From contig MU053561.1 in NCBI GenBank assembly GCA_013239625.1, positions 3,240,283 to 3,304,282 on the forward strand: a DNA stretch of 64,000 bases, in the 5' to 3' direction. The position numbers were made by a program, and so were the translations under genes. This DNA comes from Lama guanicoe. Taxonomy: Eukaryota. How positions within the stretch are numbered: the stretch's first letter is position 1; the number at the start of each line of letters is the position of its first letter. The notes under the pieces are model-generated. The model worked only from the letters and a program-made list of their open reading frames with translations. It had not been told where the DNA came from and did not search any database. Shown here piece by piece: positions 1 to 12,134 of this stretch.

Positions 1-14
1 AGCAACACAGTGCA

Positions 15-225
15 GAGCAGAGATTTTAATGTCAGCCTTGTCTGGATTTAAGTTCCAGTTTGACCACTTCTTGCCATGAGACCTTGAGCAAATGATATTG
101 CTTAATGTCTCTGAGCCTCAGTTTCTGCATCTGTAAGATAGAGATTTCCAACCTCCTAGGTTGTTGTTAGGATGAAAAGAGACAATGTCAACACAAGGTC
201 AGGCACATAGTAAGAAGTTAATAAA
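15..225 (+). mobile_element. MIR SINE relic
   Basis: MIR core 'accttgagcaaatga...tctctgagcctcagtttctgcatctgtaagatagag' and 3' tail 'ggcacatagtaagaagttaataaa'. Confidence 0.85.
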
Positions 226-349
226 CCTAGGCATTCTAACTAGGCTCAGACAATGAGTAATCAAGGTCCAATTCTCACCCAAGGGAAGAGGGTAGCAAGG
301 CTGGCCTGGGGCAAACTGAAAGGAAGAGGCTTGGACAGTGATCAGCAGC

Positions 350-548
350 CTCCTCTGTGCCAGGTACTTTTCCATACTCTCTCTCACTTGATCCCCACAA
401 CTCTGAAATACAGGGATTAATTAATATTTACATTTGACAAAACAGAGGCTCAAAGAGATTAAACAGTTGTCTAAGGTCACACAGATTAATAGTTGTCCAT
501 CTGAGAGTGGAATCCAGCTTTGACTGATTCTCAAGTCCAGGGTCTTTC
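350..548 (-). mobile_element. MIR SINE relic
   Basis: Reverse MIR core 'aaacagaggctcaaagagattaaacagttgtctaaggtcacacag'. Confidence 0.8.
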
Positions 549-829
549 TTTTATTCTGTGAGACTGCAGTCCACAGACCCTGGTGGTTACTTCCCTTCCA
601 TCATGTCTTCCTTTGGCTCCATAAACACAGACCAAGTGACTCTGCTGAGTGACTCCCTCTGTCGCATCTCTCTCCTCTTCTTTCCCCTACCTCCAGTTCC
701 AGCCAACCTCCAGATGCCTGCCTCCAGGTTCAAGGGCTTCAGGCAGAGGCTGGATTCCATGAGACGGGATGCTGCAGAGGGACTCAGGGACTGGATGCAG
801 GGTTGGATCAGACGCACAATGGTCTCTTC

Positions 830-975
830 AACCTCATTCATCTTTCAAGAGTCAGCTCAGATGTTACCCGTAGCCCCCTCTGAATCCTCTAGAAAGAATT
901 AGTCCTTCTTTCCTGTGTTCTTTGTATGATATCCAGACTTCTGTTATATATTTACCATTATACTGAAACTGTTTA
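830..975 (+). mobile_element. L2 LINE 3' fragment
   Basis: 'ctcattcatctttcaagagtcagctcagatgttacc' resembles the L2 3' region. Confidence 0.55.
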
Positions 976-1299
976 AAAAGCTAAAGCTCTAAATTTTTCT
1001 TAGAAACCATAAACAGTGCATGCCTGTAAATTTTAAAACAGTTTTCTCTCTCAATGAGTTGCTCTTCCTAGAATAAACTTTGTTGACCCCTAAATAAATT
1101 AATGAATAAATGTTAAAAATCCCAAAACCATGATATAATTGTTATAATTAAGAAATGGAAAAAAAAAAGTTGGCTGTAAGGATGATGAGCTGTGAAAATT
1201 AGTATTATTATTAAAACACAAGTTAAAAATTAATAAACTAAGGATCCTTCAAAAAAATAAATAGCAGAAATATATATATAAAAGAGAAAAATAAAAAAT

Positions 1300-2088
1300 A
1301 AAAAAAAAAAATGGCCAAAGGATCTGAATAGACATTCCTCTTAAGGAGATATATAAATGATCAGCAAAGCACATGAAAAGGTGCTTGGTGTCATTAGTCA
1401 TCAGGGGAATGAAAAGCAAAATCATGATGATGTATTACTTGGCACCCACTAGGTTGGCTATAATGAAAAAGACAGATAATAAGAAGTGTTACAGAGGAAA
1501 TGGAGAAATTGAAGCTTGTCTACTGCTGAGGGGAATGCAAAATGGTGCTGTCACTTTGGAAAACAATCTGGCAGTTCTTCAAAAGGTTAAACATAGTTAC
1601 TGTATGATCCAGCAATTCCACTCCTAGGTATACAACCAAGAGAAATGGAAACATGTGTCCATACAAAAGTCTGTACATGAGTGTTCATAGCAGCTTTATT
1701 CATAATGGTTAAAAAGTGGAAACAATCCAAATGTTGATCAACTGATGAATGAATAAATAAAATGTGGCATATTCATACAATGGGAGTTTAATCAGTAATA
1801 AAAAGGAATGAAGTATTGACAGATGGTGCAACATAGATAAACCTTGAAAATATGATGCTAAGTGAAAGAAGGCAGTCAAAAGGGCCACAAATTGTACGGT
1901 TCTATTTATATGAAATGTCCAGAACAGGTAAATCTATGGAGGCAGAAAGTAGATTGTTAGCTGTCTCAGGCTAAGGGAGTTGAAAAGAAATGGGGAGTGG
2001 CTGCTGATGGATGCTGGGTTTCTTTCTGGAGTGATGAGAATGTTCTACATCTGATTGTGGTGATGGCTGCACAATTTGACGAATATAG
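1300..2088 (+). mobile_element. Old L1 (L1MB-like) ORF2 end plus 3' UTR
   Basis: 'aaaatggccaaaggatctgaatagacatt', 'tgatccagcaattccactcctaggtata', 'aaccttgaaaatatgatgctaagtgaaagaaggcagtc'; ORF 1373-1627 is a degenerate ORF2 C-terminus. Confidence 0.9.
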
Positions 2089-2092
2089 AATT

Positions 2093-2170
2093 CTTTTTTT
2101 ATTGAAGTATAGCTGATTTACAATGTATTAGTTTCAGGTGAACAGCAAAGTGATTCAGTTTATATATAAT
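2093..2170 (-). mobile_element. Very short young L1 3' terminus
   Basis: polyT followed by 'attgaagtatagctgatttacaatg...tttcaggtgaacagcaaagtgattcagtt', the reverse complement of the L1 3' ends at ~15620-15680 and ~41490-41550. Confidence 0.8.
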
Positions 2171-2844
2171 TGAAGGAGTGGGTAGAAGTATTGAGTTTCA
2201 GGTGCAGTCTAGGGAAGCCAACCTGTGTGGTCCACGCAGATCTGATGCTCAGGAGAGACAGGCGTGTCTTGGCAATGAAGTGAAACCCTCTACAAGGAGA
2301 CAGAGGAGGCTCTGGAGGCAGGGCTGAGGAAGGTAAGAAGATAAGAAGGGCTGATCCTGCCTGAAGATGTTCGGACTGCCCTTCTCAGGATGGTTCTTCG
2401 AGGAGTTTGGTGTTGAAAGAATTGTTCTAAAGAAGAGAAGGAAAGAGCTTGGCTGATCATTCCATTTTTGTGATTTACAGATTTCTTTCCAACTGTTGGC
2501 TCTGAGTTCCATGACTTTTCTCTAGAACTTGACTTGCTTTCTTTCCATCCTTCGAATGCTCCCTTCTTTCCTTGCTTTCTTTGATTCTCTCTTTGCCTTT
2601 TCAGCAATCACTGGAGATGGCCTAGAACATCTTGTAGGAAAGGTCTTTGAGAATTTAATCTGGAGAGTCTGAGAAACCAAGCCTGGTGCTCGTCCAGGCA
2701 AGTTCCTGGAGTGACTACTTTAAATGTTGGAAGGTTCTCCGCTGCATGATTCATTTAACCAGAAACATCCATTTCTTGCCTTTTTATAGGAGCCTATTAC
2801 TTTGCTTCATGTTTAGAAGTGACAATGCATTTCTCAGCATGTCT

Positions 2845-3395
2845 TTGAAAAACCACTTTGGAAATCCGTTCAGCAGTATTTAATACAGCTGAACACATGC
2901 ATTCTCCAAGACCCAGCAATTCCACTCCCAGGAACATGCCAACAGAAATGTGTAGGTATAGTCACTATGAGACATAGACTAGAATACTCATAGTTGCAGT
3001 ATTGATAATAACTATAAACTGGAGGCAATGCAAATATCCATTCATAGTTGAATGGATAAATACACTGCAGTCTACTCACACAATGGAATTCTATACAAAA
3101 GTGAGAATGAACCATCTGCAACCACACACAAAAGTGTGGCTGGATCTCATAAACATAATGTTCAATGAAAGAAACGGGACACAAATCATTACTTACTATA
3201 TGAGTCCTATTTATAAAAACGGGCAAAAGGGGGTGGTTACTGGAAGCAAACATGAAGGAGCTTCTGGATACTGACAGTGCTCTGTTAATCTGGATGCTGA
3301 TTACATGAGTGTGCTCTGCTTTTGAAAATTTAGCAAGCTGTATAATAGATGCTTTTCTTTATGTATATTACACTACCATAAGCTCTTTTTTTTTT
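2845..3395 (+). mobile_element. Old L1 (L1ME-like) 3' fragment
   Basis: 'accactttggaaa...gacccagcaattccactcccagg', 'gatctcataaacataatgttcaatgaaagaa'. Confidence 0.8.
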
Positions 3396-3561
3396 TTAAA
3401 GGGGAAAAAACTTTAAATCCTTCATTGGATTAACTAGATGATTGCTGCTAACAAAGCTTACTGATTTCAGACACAGACTCTAGAGGGGGTTACAATAAAT
3501 GTGGTTTATAACAAAGACAGTTAATTTTAATTATCACCTGAATACTTTGGCACAAGTGTAC

Positions 3562-3838
3562 AATTCGTTTGCTTGCCAAAGGCTGGTAATGGGAGCAGTC
3601 CGTCCATGTATGGGCAGTAAGAAATGCATTGTCTGTAGGGAACTTAAAGTAATAAAATGAACTAACAGTCAGTTTGCTTTTATATTATTACCATGTAATC
3701 GGCAATTTTAAACAGTAACAGTGATGAAATATCTCTTCCCTCCCAGTAAATGATATGCTAATCTGTTTGAAACAATTGCTGTGGCTACTGTTAAACTGGG
3801 CTGGACCTCTCCCACTCCCGCCCTTAGTAGACCAATGA
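3562..3838 (+). mobile_element. hAT-Tip100 non-autonomous DNA transposon (MER97-like), internally deleted
   Basis: 'tgggagcagtccgtcc...tgcattgtctgtagggaacttaaagtaataaaa...cagtcagtttgcttttatattattaccatg...ggcaattttaaacag' and terminal 'cccttagtagaccaatg' fit the recalled MER97 ends. Confidence 0.65.
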
Positions 3839-3914
3839 TGGAAATGGTAGCTATGATTTTGTAGATGTGTGCACTGTATCAGAGACTGGAGCTGGTCCTT
3901 TTTTGTCTATAAAT

Positions 3915-4070
3915 CTTATTTAAACCTCCCAGCTGTGTGGGTGAGGTGTTATCATCCCACTTTATAGATGAGAAAACTGGGGGCCAAGCAATTAAGTGTC
4001 TTGCCCGAATTCACTCAGCTGGTAGAAGTAAGAGAAAAGCTGTCAGTCTAAGCCCACTTTCCTACTAGAC
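3915..4070 (-). mobile_element. MIR SINE relic
   Basis: 'ttatcatcccactttatagatgagaaaactgggggcc'. Confidence 0.8.
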
Positions 4071-4444
4071 TTTCCTGTCCTTTGGTACCAACAGGCACAT
4101 GGAGGACCCTTGAGATGTATTTGCTGAATGAGTAAAAGGACAAGTAGGTGAATTGATCACTATTTTAAGTAGTGCAAGGGGGAGGCTCTGTATGAATATA
4201 ACTTCTTACCTAAGTTGGTTTAGAGAGGAAAATTCTCCATGGGCCTCTTTCCTTCACATTTTAAGGGTAAATCCCTTAGAAAGAATAGCTACCATTCCTC
4301 TGCTTGTTGTTTCATATACATCATCCAAATCTCACCATTATTTTAAGTAGGTTTTATCATTTCCATTTTATGGACAAGGAAACTTCAACCAGAGCACTTG
4401 GGTGATTAAGCCCTGGGAATGAAACTAGTCAGAGTGTAAGGATT

Positions 4445-4595
4445 AACTCAGTGGTTAAGAACATGGGTTTCGGGTCTGGAAGAGCCGTGTTGTCACTACT
4501 TCTTCCTGGCAATGTGACCCAGATAACATTTGTAACATTTCTGGGCCTCAGTTTTATCATCCATAAATTGGAATTATAATAGTCCTTACCTTAGA
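4445..4595 (+). mobile_element. MIR SINE relic
   Basis: 'cagtggttaagaacatggg...ctgggcctcagttttatcatccataaattggaattataatagt'. Confidence 0.8.
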
Positions 4596-4749
4596 AGTTG
4601 CAAACTCAAATGCCTGTGTGAGCCAGGGGTAGGAAGTTCTGCATTTTTGGTTAATTAGAGGCTTGGCAACTCCTGGGGTGTCCCTGAGGGGGTGCGAGGG
4701 GGGTTCTGAGGGTGAAGGTGGGGTCGGACTCCACTCTTCAGGCGCCCAC

Positions 4750-4890
4750 TCATTGATTCCCTCAGATTAGCATTTCTAGAGCATCCATGGTGTTCTAGGA
4801 CGGTTCTAAGCTCTGGAAGTGCAATAGTGAATAATGCTCAGGCTCTTTCTGCTCTTGAGGGAGGCAGGCATGCAAACAATAAAAAGCTAG
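4750..4890 (-). mobile_element. L2 3' end relic
   Basis: 'gagcatccatggtgttctaggacggttctaagctctggaagtgcaatagtgaataa' resembles a reverse L2 tail. Confidence 0.55.
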
Positions 4891-6814
4891 TGTCAGATCA
4901 TGGCATCTTTAAATCCTGGGAATCTCATCACAGCAATTCTAAGGCTGAAGAGACTGTTAGTAGCTCACATAAGCACATCTGATTTTCAGTAGGATGGCAA
5001 CAAAACTATTTCCACCAGGTGAAAAGCTCTGTTTCGGTATAGCCCAGAGAAAGTGTATTTTACAGTATTCTTCCACAATCCATCAGGGATGTAAAAACAC
5101 TCAGGTCTGGGAGATAGGTCACTTAGTCAGTCAACAAACCGACGAGTGCCGAGTTGCCCAGCCTCATCACTACCAGCAATGAGTCCTTCGTGCCTTATGG
5201 AGCGCAGGCAGCACTAGATGTGGGCTCAGTCCTGTTCTCTGGAGGTTTACAGCCTAAGATAGACAAAGTAATCTGGACAGACACCTCAAGATCACACTAA
5301 TATCAATCAAGCAGCATACCCCTATGCCTTTCAGGTGACTATGCAGTATATCTCACACCCACTCGCTCCCTCTCACTCCCTTCCCTCCCTGTCTTTCCTG
5401 CTCAGACCTCACCTCTGCGCTCAGTCACCCTTTTCCCTGGAGAGCATAGCTAGGAACCCTCTCACCCAGTGTTCTGAATGGACCTGTGTAGGTCAATACG
5501 CTAATCTCTGGGCTCCCCTAAGTGAACGTTTCAGATGTTTTGTGGACACACACCTCTTTTTACACTTATCTCTGTGTGTTACTCACATGGGTCCCCAGCT
5601 GCTTGTTTGTGTGTGTTCTTAGTTGTCTGAGGGGGACATTTGTGTTGATTTACATGGATGGGCATATAATAAAGAGACTATGGGAGATGTGATTAGGACC
5701 CGTCTGGTTCTAGAAAGGACTCTGGTGGTTTATGTGAGTAATAAAAAAGTAATAAAGTAGTATGAGTTAAAAGTAAGGAGAAGGAAATAAGAAAATGGAG
5801 GTTGGGATTGACTGGAACAGGAATCAGGCAAAAAGAAAGCCTGCCTTCGTAGTGACCTCTCACTTAGCAGCTGAATATGTGGATGTGAGCATAACCATGT
5901 GGATTTCAAGCGAGGGTACCCCAGCTCCTTGAGCATCTGGTTCCTGCCCTCCCACGGTTTGCTAAGTTCTCGGGCCCAGTCCCCCTATAGCTCTGCATGG
6001 GTGGGAGACAAAGGTGGAGAGATGCGCCCTCTCCCCTCCTAGAGATTTGGTTGTGTCCTTCCCTACTCTACCACCTTTTTTTTTTTTTCTTTAATTGGTT
6101 TGGCTTGGTGGAGTCTAAAAGATTAGCCGGAGTGGAGCAGGGTAAACACCACCTCCCCTCTCACCTGCCCAGGAGAGCCTCAGGGAAGAGGAAGGGTTCC
6201 TGGAGGAAAGGGAAGCATGGAAAGTCAGTGCTTCAAGGGGCAGAGAATTGGCCAGGTGACCTGGGAGCGGAGCTGGAGGTGAGCATGGAAGAGAGAAGGC
6301 CAAGCCAAAGAGGGAGAGATGGGCGCTCAGAAGCAGAAGAGCTCCAGGACGCAGTGTGGGTGCCAGGGCAGAGGCTTAGGTGCGACTCCCACCATTTTGG
6401 CTAAAGTGAGGCCGGTGTCTGGACCGAGGCTGGGACAGGGTGGGGTTTAGGTCAAGCTAAGCAGAGCAAACCTTCAGTTTCACGGTGTGGCTATGCCTCA
6501 TAGCAGAGCAACCTGGAGAGACTCCTAGCCCTGCAAGCTGAGGAGGCCAGCCCTGAAGTCCCAGGCCTGGTGGTATGGGCAGAAAGGCTCGGCCCATTTC
6601 CTGAGGCTTTTATACACCGCACTGTATGAGGCCTCGGTGAAACCTTGCAATTCCTTACACTGTCATCAACCAAGCCCTCTAGGGTGGCATAGGGGGCTCC
6701 TGAAGAAAAGCCACCTCCTTGGGGAAGCCTACTTATGCCAGTTCAGTGGGTGACTAACAGCGAATAGCATCAGAGGGAAGGAGCCAGTCCTTGTCAGCCT
6801 TGTTTCTTGTCTTT

Positions 6815-6886
6815 TTTTTGTTCCCTTAATTGAAGTACCATTGATTTACAATGTTGTGTTGGTTTCCAGTGCACAGCATAGTGACC
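6815..6886 (-). mobile_element. Ultra-short (~70 bp) young L1 3' end with TSD
   Basis: 'aattgaagtaccattgatttacaatgttgtgttggtttccagtgcacagcatagtga' flanked by the 11-bp direct repeat ttcttgtcttt (6804-6814, 6887-6897). Confidence 0.85.
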
Positions 6887-9800
6887 TTCTTGTCTTTCTT
6901 CACCTGGAAAAATATTGTCTACTAGGATACTGCATTGCAGGAAAGTGAGGACTTGTTTATTTTTCAATTAATGGAGCCTTGGGGGGCTGTTGTCACCTGT
7001 CTGGGGCTAGGTCACCTGGAGTGCTGAGCATAAGATATCTCAGTGTCTGACTACTTGAGAGAAGAGTGTGGCCCGTGTGGGGCTGGAAAGGGTCACAGAA
7101 GGAAGATGAGGTGGATGATGAGTTTCCGTTCAAGTGTGGACCGGAACTACCCCAGACTTCCTCCCTCACAGCTCCTCCCACTCCTATCATCCCTCGAGCT
7201 CTCCTACTCACTAAGGATTCTCCCTCATATGATTTGGAATTGGTCTATAGATGTTAACGGGAGCATTTGGGGGCATATATTGTGCTTTCTGGAAGGATAC
7301 AGAAGCATGTTCGAGTTACCAGTGGGACACACAAAATTTGTGGCTATTTCAGAATGTGCTTGGTGGCAGGTGGCAGCCTCATTACCAGCTGAGAGTTGAT
7401 ATGCGTGGTTGAAGGTGAGAGGGACATGGCCCAGGAGCAAATGTTACAGAGACAGAAAACTCTTAGTGTTTGTCTCTGCAGAGAGAGGGCAACTGATTCC
7501 CAGGAGAGTGGATTACAGTGTCCTGGATTCTGACATATAAGATAAAAACATGAAGAAATGAAAATATGGATTGTATTCCTTCATTTTCTTTTTTATGAAA
7601 CCTCAATTCTTTGGAACAAACAGCAGATTCTCAGACCCTAGAGATACTGACAATTGAATTCTACGTGGTAGAGATGAGCAGTTTGTAACGAGAGCTGTGA
7701 TTTGAGGGTGATGGCTCAGGGCTTGACTCATGTGAATGAGGGAGTGGGTAAATCTCCAGCTGCCATTCCCACATACACTTGCCCACATGGCCTCAAAGAG
7801 TTTTGGAAGTTGCCATGTTTCTCCCAACACGAGTGAAGAAAACCGATGTACTGATATGTTGCAAGCAGGCATATGGGGTAATTTACAAAATCTCAGAATC
7901 GGGGAAGCTATCGACACGGGCATCTTCAGTCCTGAGTTACAACGTGTTTCTGACTCAGCCTCCTGCTAGTGTGGATTTGCACCTGCCTGTGATTATTCTG
8001 TTTCTGGCTTAACCTGGGGGATTTGGAGGGCCTGGAGACTTCTGCCAAAACACCTAGGACACATTAAGAGATCCTGCCAGAAGTAAATAACAACAATACC
8101 CACAGCACAAAGGGGCCACACTCGCACTGGATGAGAAAACACTTCCCACTTCGGGGACTTGACCAGCAGCTGGCGAACAGGGCCAAGGTTAGTCCCTCTG
8201 CGACCAGGTCTCTCCTGTGAGTCCCCATCACTCTAGGCTGCTCAGCCCTGATCAAGCCAGTTGTGTGCGATTGGTCATCAGGGGGATATGTGAGAAAATA
8301 TGGGTGGATCATAATTTTTCACCCTTGGAGAAACATCTGGAAGTCTATAGCCAATTAAATCTTGTTTATTCACACACAGCCTTAAATATCATCACGTGCA
8401 CCATGACTGACTAGCAGCTTTCTACAAGCTGAAATGCTGAGCTGTCTAACAATCATTGATAAACTTGCCCTTTCTCCTTCTGCAGAGACCTCACGTGTGG
8501 TAGGAAAGCCTTCTGACTGCCGACTCCCTGTTCCACAGTGTTTAAACTGGTCACAGCTGAACCTTTCTCACCAAAGACTCCTCCAAGTTATTAATAACTA
8601 GGTAACATGCATACAGCAGCGACGTGAGCCAGCCTCTGTGCTCTCTGTGCTGTGTGTGACTTGGTCTTAAAGGGCTAGTGTTATTGCTGTTCTACAAATG
8701 GGCCACAGGAAATGAATGGAAGCCCAGTTATCTGCCAACACCATTCCACTTGTAGGCGGTGGGACCAGGATTCAAGACCATGCCCATATCCTCCATACCG
8801 CTAAACTAAGGTCTCTTCACCACTGTGACACCAACAGAGAAAAGAGTTCACTCAGTCATTAAATATTTGTGAGACCCTGGGCAAGTCACCTCCTTTCCCT
8901 AGGTCTCAGCTCCCTCACCCATGACCTGGAAGCTGTCTGAGGTCCTTCGAGCAATGGTAATTCCAGAATTCTTTAACAGGTGGGGAAATCTCAGGAGACA
9001 TCTCCCCCACCTCACTCCTGGGGACGCCCTAGGGGGCCACTTACCCAGACGGCTGTCCTCTCCCAGCAGTCTGCAAGGTCGGCCCCTTACATCTACCTAA
9101 TCTTCAACTCCATGATTTTCTCTTGACGGTTGCTTTGCATTCTGAGTCTGTACTGAAATCTGATGTGCTATCTGTGACTGCCTCAGGCTTACCACAATTA
9201 AGCTCCTTTCCTCTGTTCCACATCTGGGAGCAGAACACTGTTTTGGGGCCTCAGATCAGCACTTTGTGAACCCACAAAGCTAGACCAAACCTACCTCTTT
9301 TGGTCCCTGCTGCTTGGCCCCAGAAGTTACTCTATTGGCTTCCAAGATTTCTGCAGGGACCAGCGGGCCCCCAGAGCCACCCAAAAAGGCCAAAGACTCT
9401 CCTTCCACCCTGAGGTGCAGCCCTCAGCCATAGAGCAGGGGCTCCCTCGTTCCTGGCACCTACAACCTCCAGAAAGTTAAATTGTCATCTACACCTTTGT
9501 CTGGTCAGCTAGTTCAGCAGCCCTTGAGTTTAAATAACCACCACAAACCAAATATCACCAAGGACTTCTAGCAAGGTTTCTTAAGCTCGGTAGGATGTGG
9601 TACCCATATTCTGAGCAGTAATGGTGAAGGGGTTCCATTTCCCTTCCTGTCAAGAGCTGCTCACGACAATTTCCACACAGAAACTGAAACTAGTTTAAGG
9701 AGTTTAGGTAAACAGGCCTGCGAGGTGGGTCCACCATCCATCCATCATCAGGAGGTGGTGTAGCAGGAATCAGGTGAGCAAGCTGAGTTAGGGGTGGCCG

Positions 9801-9949
9801 GTGGGGAAGGCCCAGCTTGGTTGAAGAGAAACTTGGTGAGGGAAGAGAAAGCACTGCTTAGATCAGCAGCAGATTTGTTACAACAGGTCATGAAATAATT
9901 ATTCATTCTTTCGAAGCCACCTATAATTATTTCCAGGTGAGTCTGTAAA

Positions 9950-10165
9950 TCTTAGTAAAGCGTTCAGGTTCTGAAGTCAGACCACCAGGGGTTTTTATCT
10001 TGGCTCAGGCCTTTACATGCTGTGTGCCCTGGGCCAGCTTTCTTAATCTCTCAGAGCCTGCTTTGCCCTCTATAAATGGAGATGATTGTACCTACCCTCC
10101 CAGAGCCAAGACTTAGAAATGGAACATACGTAATAGTGTTCAGCATATCACTCTCGGTATTATTT
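9950..10165 (+). mobile_element. MIR SINE relic
   Basis: 'ttctgaagtcagaccaccagggg...ctgtgtgccctgggccagctttcttaatctctcagagcctg...ctataaatggagatgattgtacctacc'. Confidence 0.8.
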
Positions 10166-10951
10166 ACAGTGGTTGTTCCAAAATATTAATCCAATTGCTT
10201 GACATATAAGCCTTCAATAAACGTCATGCAATTAAGTTAGAAACTGTGGGTGAAATGCTTCAATGATTGCTTATGAAATCCCTGGTGAGAGACAAAAGAT
10301 GTATTTGCTGAATTGCCTCCTTTCAGCAAAACTTCATTTTCTCTGTGTAACCTCAGGTGCTCCTAGAGGTTCAGAGTCTAAGAAAATATGTGAAGCTGAA
10401 AGTTTGATAGAGAACTTTCATGAGGAAGGAATCTCAGGTATGTATACCTGGTTAAACCACAGAGAGCAAGTGGTTACCTGCTCAAGGTCAGGCAGCAGGT
10501 TACTGACAGAGCAGGGATTGGGTACCAGCCCATTTGAATCCCTACAGCGCATGTGTTCACACTGTTATGCGTGTTTCACGCAAGTTCCCGGGCCTTGTTA
10601 TTGAAAACACTCAGGCTGCTGGTGCTGAAGCCACAGTGACCTTTGTCCTTTAGAGGTCAAGGGCAGAGCAGAGGGGAGAGGGCTGGGCTAGGACGGGAAA
10701 TAGCCAGAAAGTGGAGAGGTAGGTCTGCAGCTCATCCCGCCTAGCCCCCCTTGGTCCAGCCGCCTCCTACAGCACCTGCCTCCAAGCACAAATGACCGAG
10801 GGCCTTAACCGACTTGTCTAATCCATATGCTTTCCCTTCGTGGAAGAACTAAGCCCCATGAAGTGGCCAGAAAATCACTTGCAGGGCAGCCAGGAAACTT
10901 TCATTGACGGTATTGTCTTTGAATCGTTGGCCTTAAAACTTTTGACTCTAT

Positions 10952-10970
10952 CTGCTCCCTCTGGTGATCA
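10952..10970 (-). promoter_or_regulatory. Candidate CTCF binding site
   Basis: Reverse strand TGATCACCAGAGGGAGCAG versus the CTCF consensus TGGCCACCAGGGGGCGCTA (core CACCAGAGGGAGC). Confidence 0.4.
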
Positions 10971-11584
10971 TCTTCCCTGGTACCCAGGGATTCTTTGCAG
11001 CAGCATTTTCTAGTTCTTGTGGCATCTTCTGACCCTCGCCAGCTCTCCCTGGGCATTCCCCCCGGACAGGGGTTTTATCACTAGGTACAGCAAGGTCTTG
11101 ATCTGGAGACCAGGAGGCTCTGGGCTCTCTGATGGATGGTCGTTTTTTTCCCCTCCATTTCCATCTGAATTTAGTTTCCTTCCCCAACTCCCTCTTTCCC
11201 TGCCCCTTAAGGGTGAGGACCCAGCCCTGCTGGCTTTGTGAGCCCTGCCGGCTCAGGGCCAGGCACACAGCAAGTGCTCAGTCCACGGGGGAATTAACGT
11301 CTGAGCCCCTCTCTTCTAAGGCTTTGCTACGTCCCTCAGGCTGCCCCGGCTGCAGCTGTGGCCAGAAGCCAAGACCGCATGAGAGCAGCAAGGGAGCCTC
11401 AGAAAGACGCTGCTCATTCTGGTTTTGGTGCTGGAATCAATTATTCCTGACAAGTTGCAGCTCTCCTCAGTTAAATATCCAGCTCTGCCAGTAGCTCTAT
11501 TCTCTTTATGTGAGAATTCTAGTATCAGTCATCAAAGGGCTTAAGAATTTCTTCATAATTTTCCAGACAAGGTATTTTCCCTCA

Positions 11585-11950
11585 GTATCCACCTATCCAA
11601 TGTGTACTGAGAGCTTTTGATGTCAGATGCACAGTGCGGAGAGCTGAGACTGTGAATGAGGGAAGTGTATCCTGTCCTAAGGGTATTTTACACCTGTCCT
11701 CTTCCAAACAAGACCACGGAGAGGTGCAGGGACAGCTGTGTGAGCAGGGTACTGTGGCGCACCAGCCTAGCCTGGGAATGGGGCATGCGGGTGACACCTT
11801 AAAGAACGGAGGGGGGTGAGGAGGGGGAGCGGAGGCCATGGGAAGGGAAGGAGTGAGGCGGCACGTGGCAGGAGCAAAGGCCTGGGAGGACAGTCTGAGG
11901 AGACTGAGAGGCAGGCAGGGCAAATCTTGGAGAGCCTGGGCAGGAACTAA
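11585..11950 (-). mobile_element. L2 relic
   Basis: 'tatccaatgtgtactgagagcttttgatgtcagatgcacagtgc...ctgtgaatgag' resembles a reverse L2 3' end. Confidence 0.55.
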
Positions 11951-12006
11951 AAGACAAAATGTATTATCAGTTATACGTTAAAATAAAATCAGTATATGTG
12001 TATAGC

Positions 12007-12120
12007 AAAAGGAAGGAAGGAAAGGAAAGGAAAGAAAAGGAGAGGAGAGGAGAGGAGAGGAAAGGAAAGGAAAAGAAAGGGAGGGGAGGGGAGGGGAGGG
12101 AGAAAGAGGGAGGGAGGAAA
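12007..12120 (+). repeat. Polypurine compound microsatellite (GGAA/GGAAA/GGAGA/GGGGA)n
   Basis: ~114 bp made only of A and G. Confidence 0.95.
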
Positions 12121-12134
12121 TATTTCAAAAAAAT

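Noticed and set aside
2249..2607. Overlapping minus-strand ORFs as a processed pseudogene or exon
   Set aside because: No similarity to any protein I recognise; the purine-rich composition explains the scarcity of stop codons.
5900..6490. Possible old LTR (Gypsy/ERVL-like) relic
   Set aside because: It has an LTR-like texture, but I could not identify termini, a TSD or diagnostic blocks; it needs a Dfam search.
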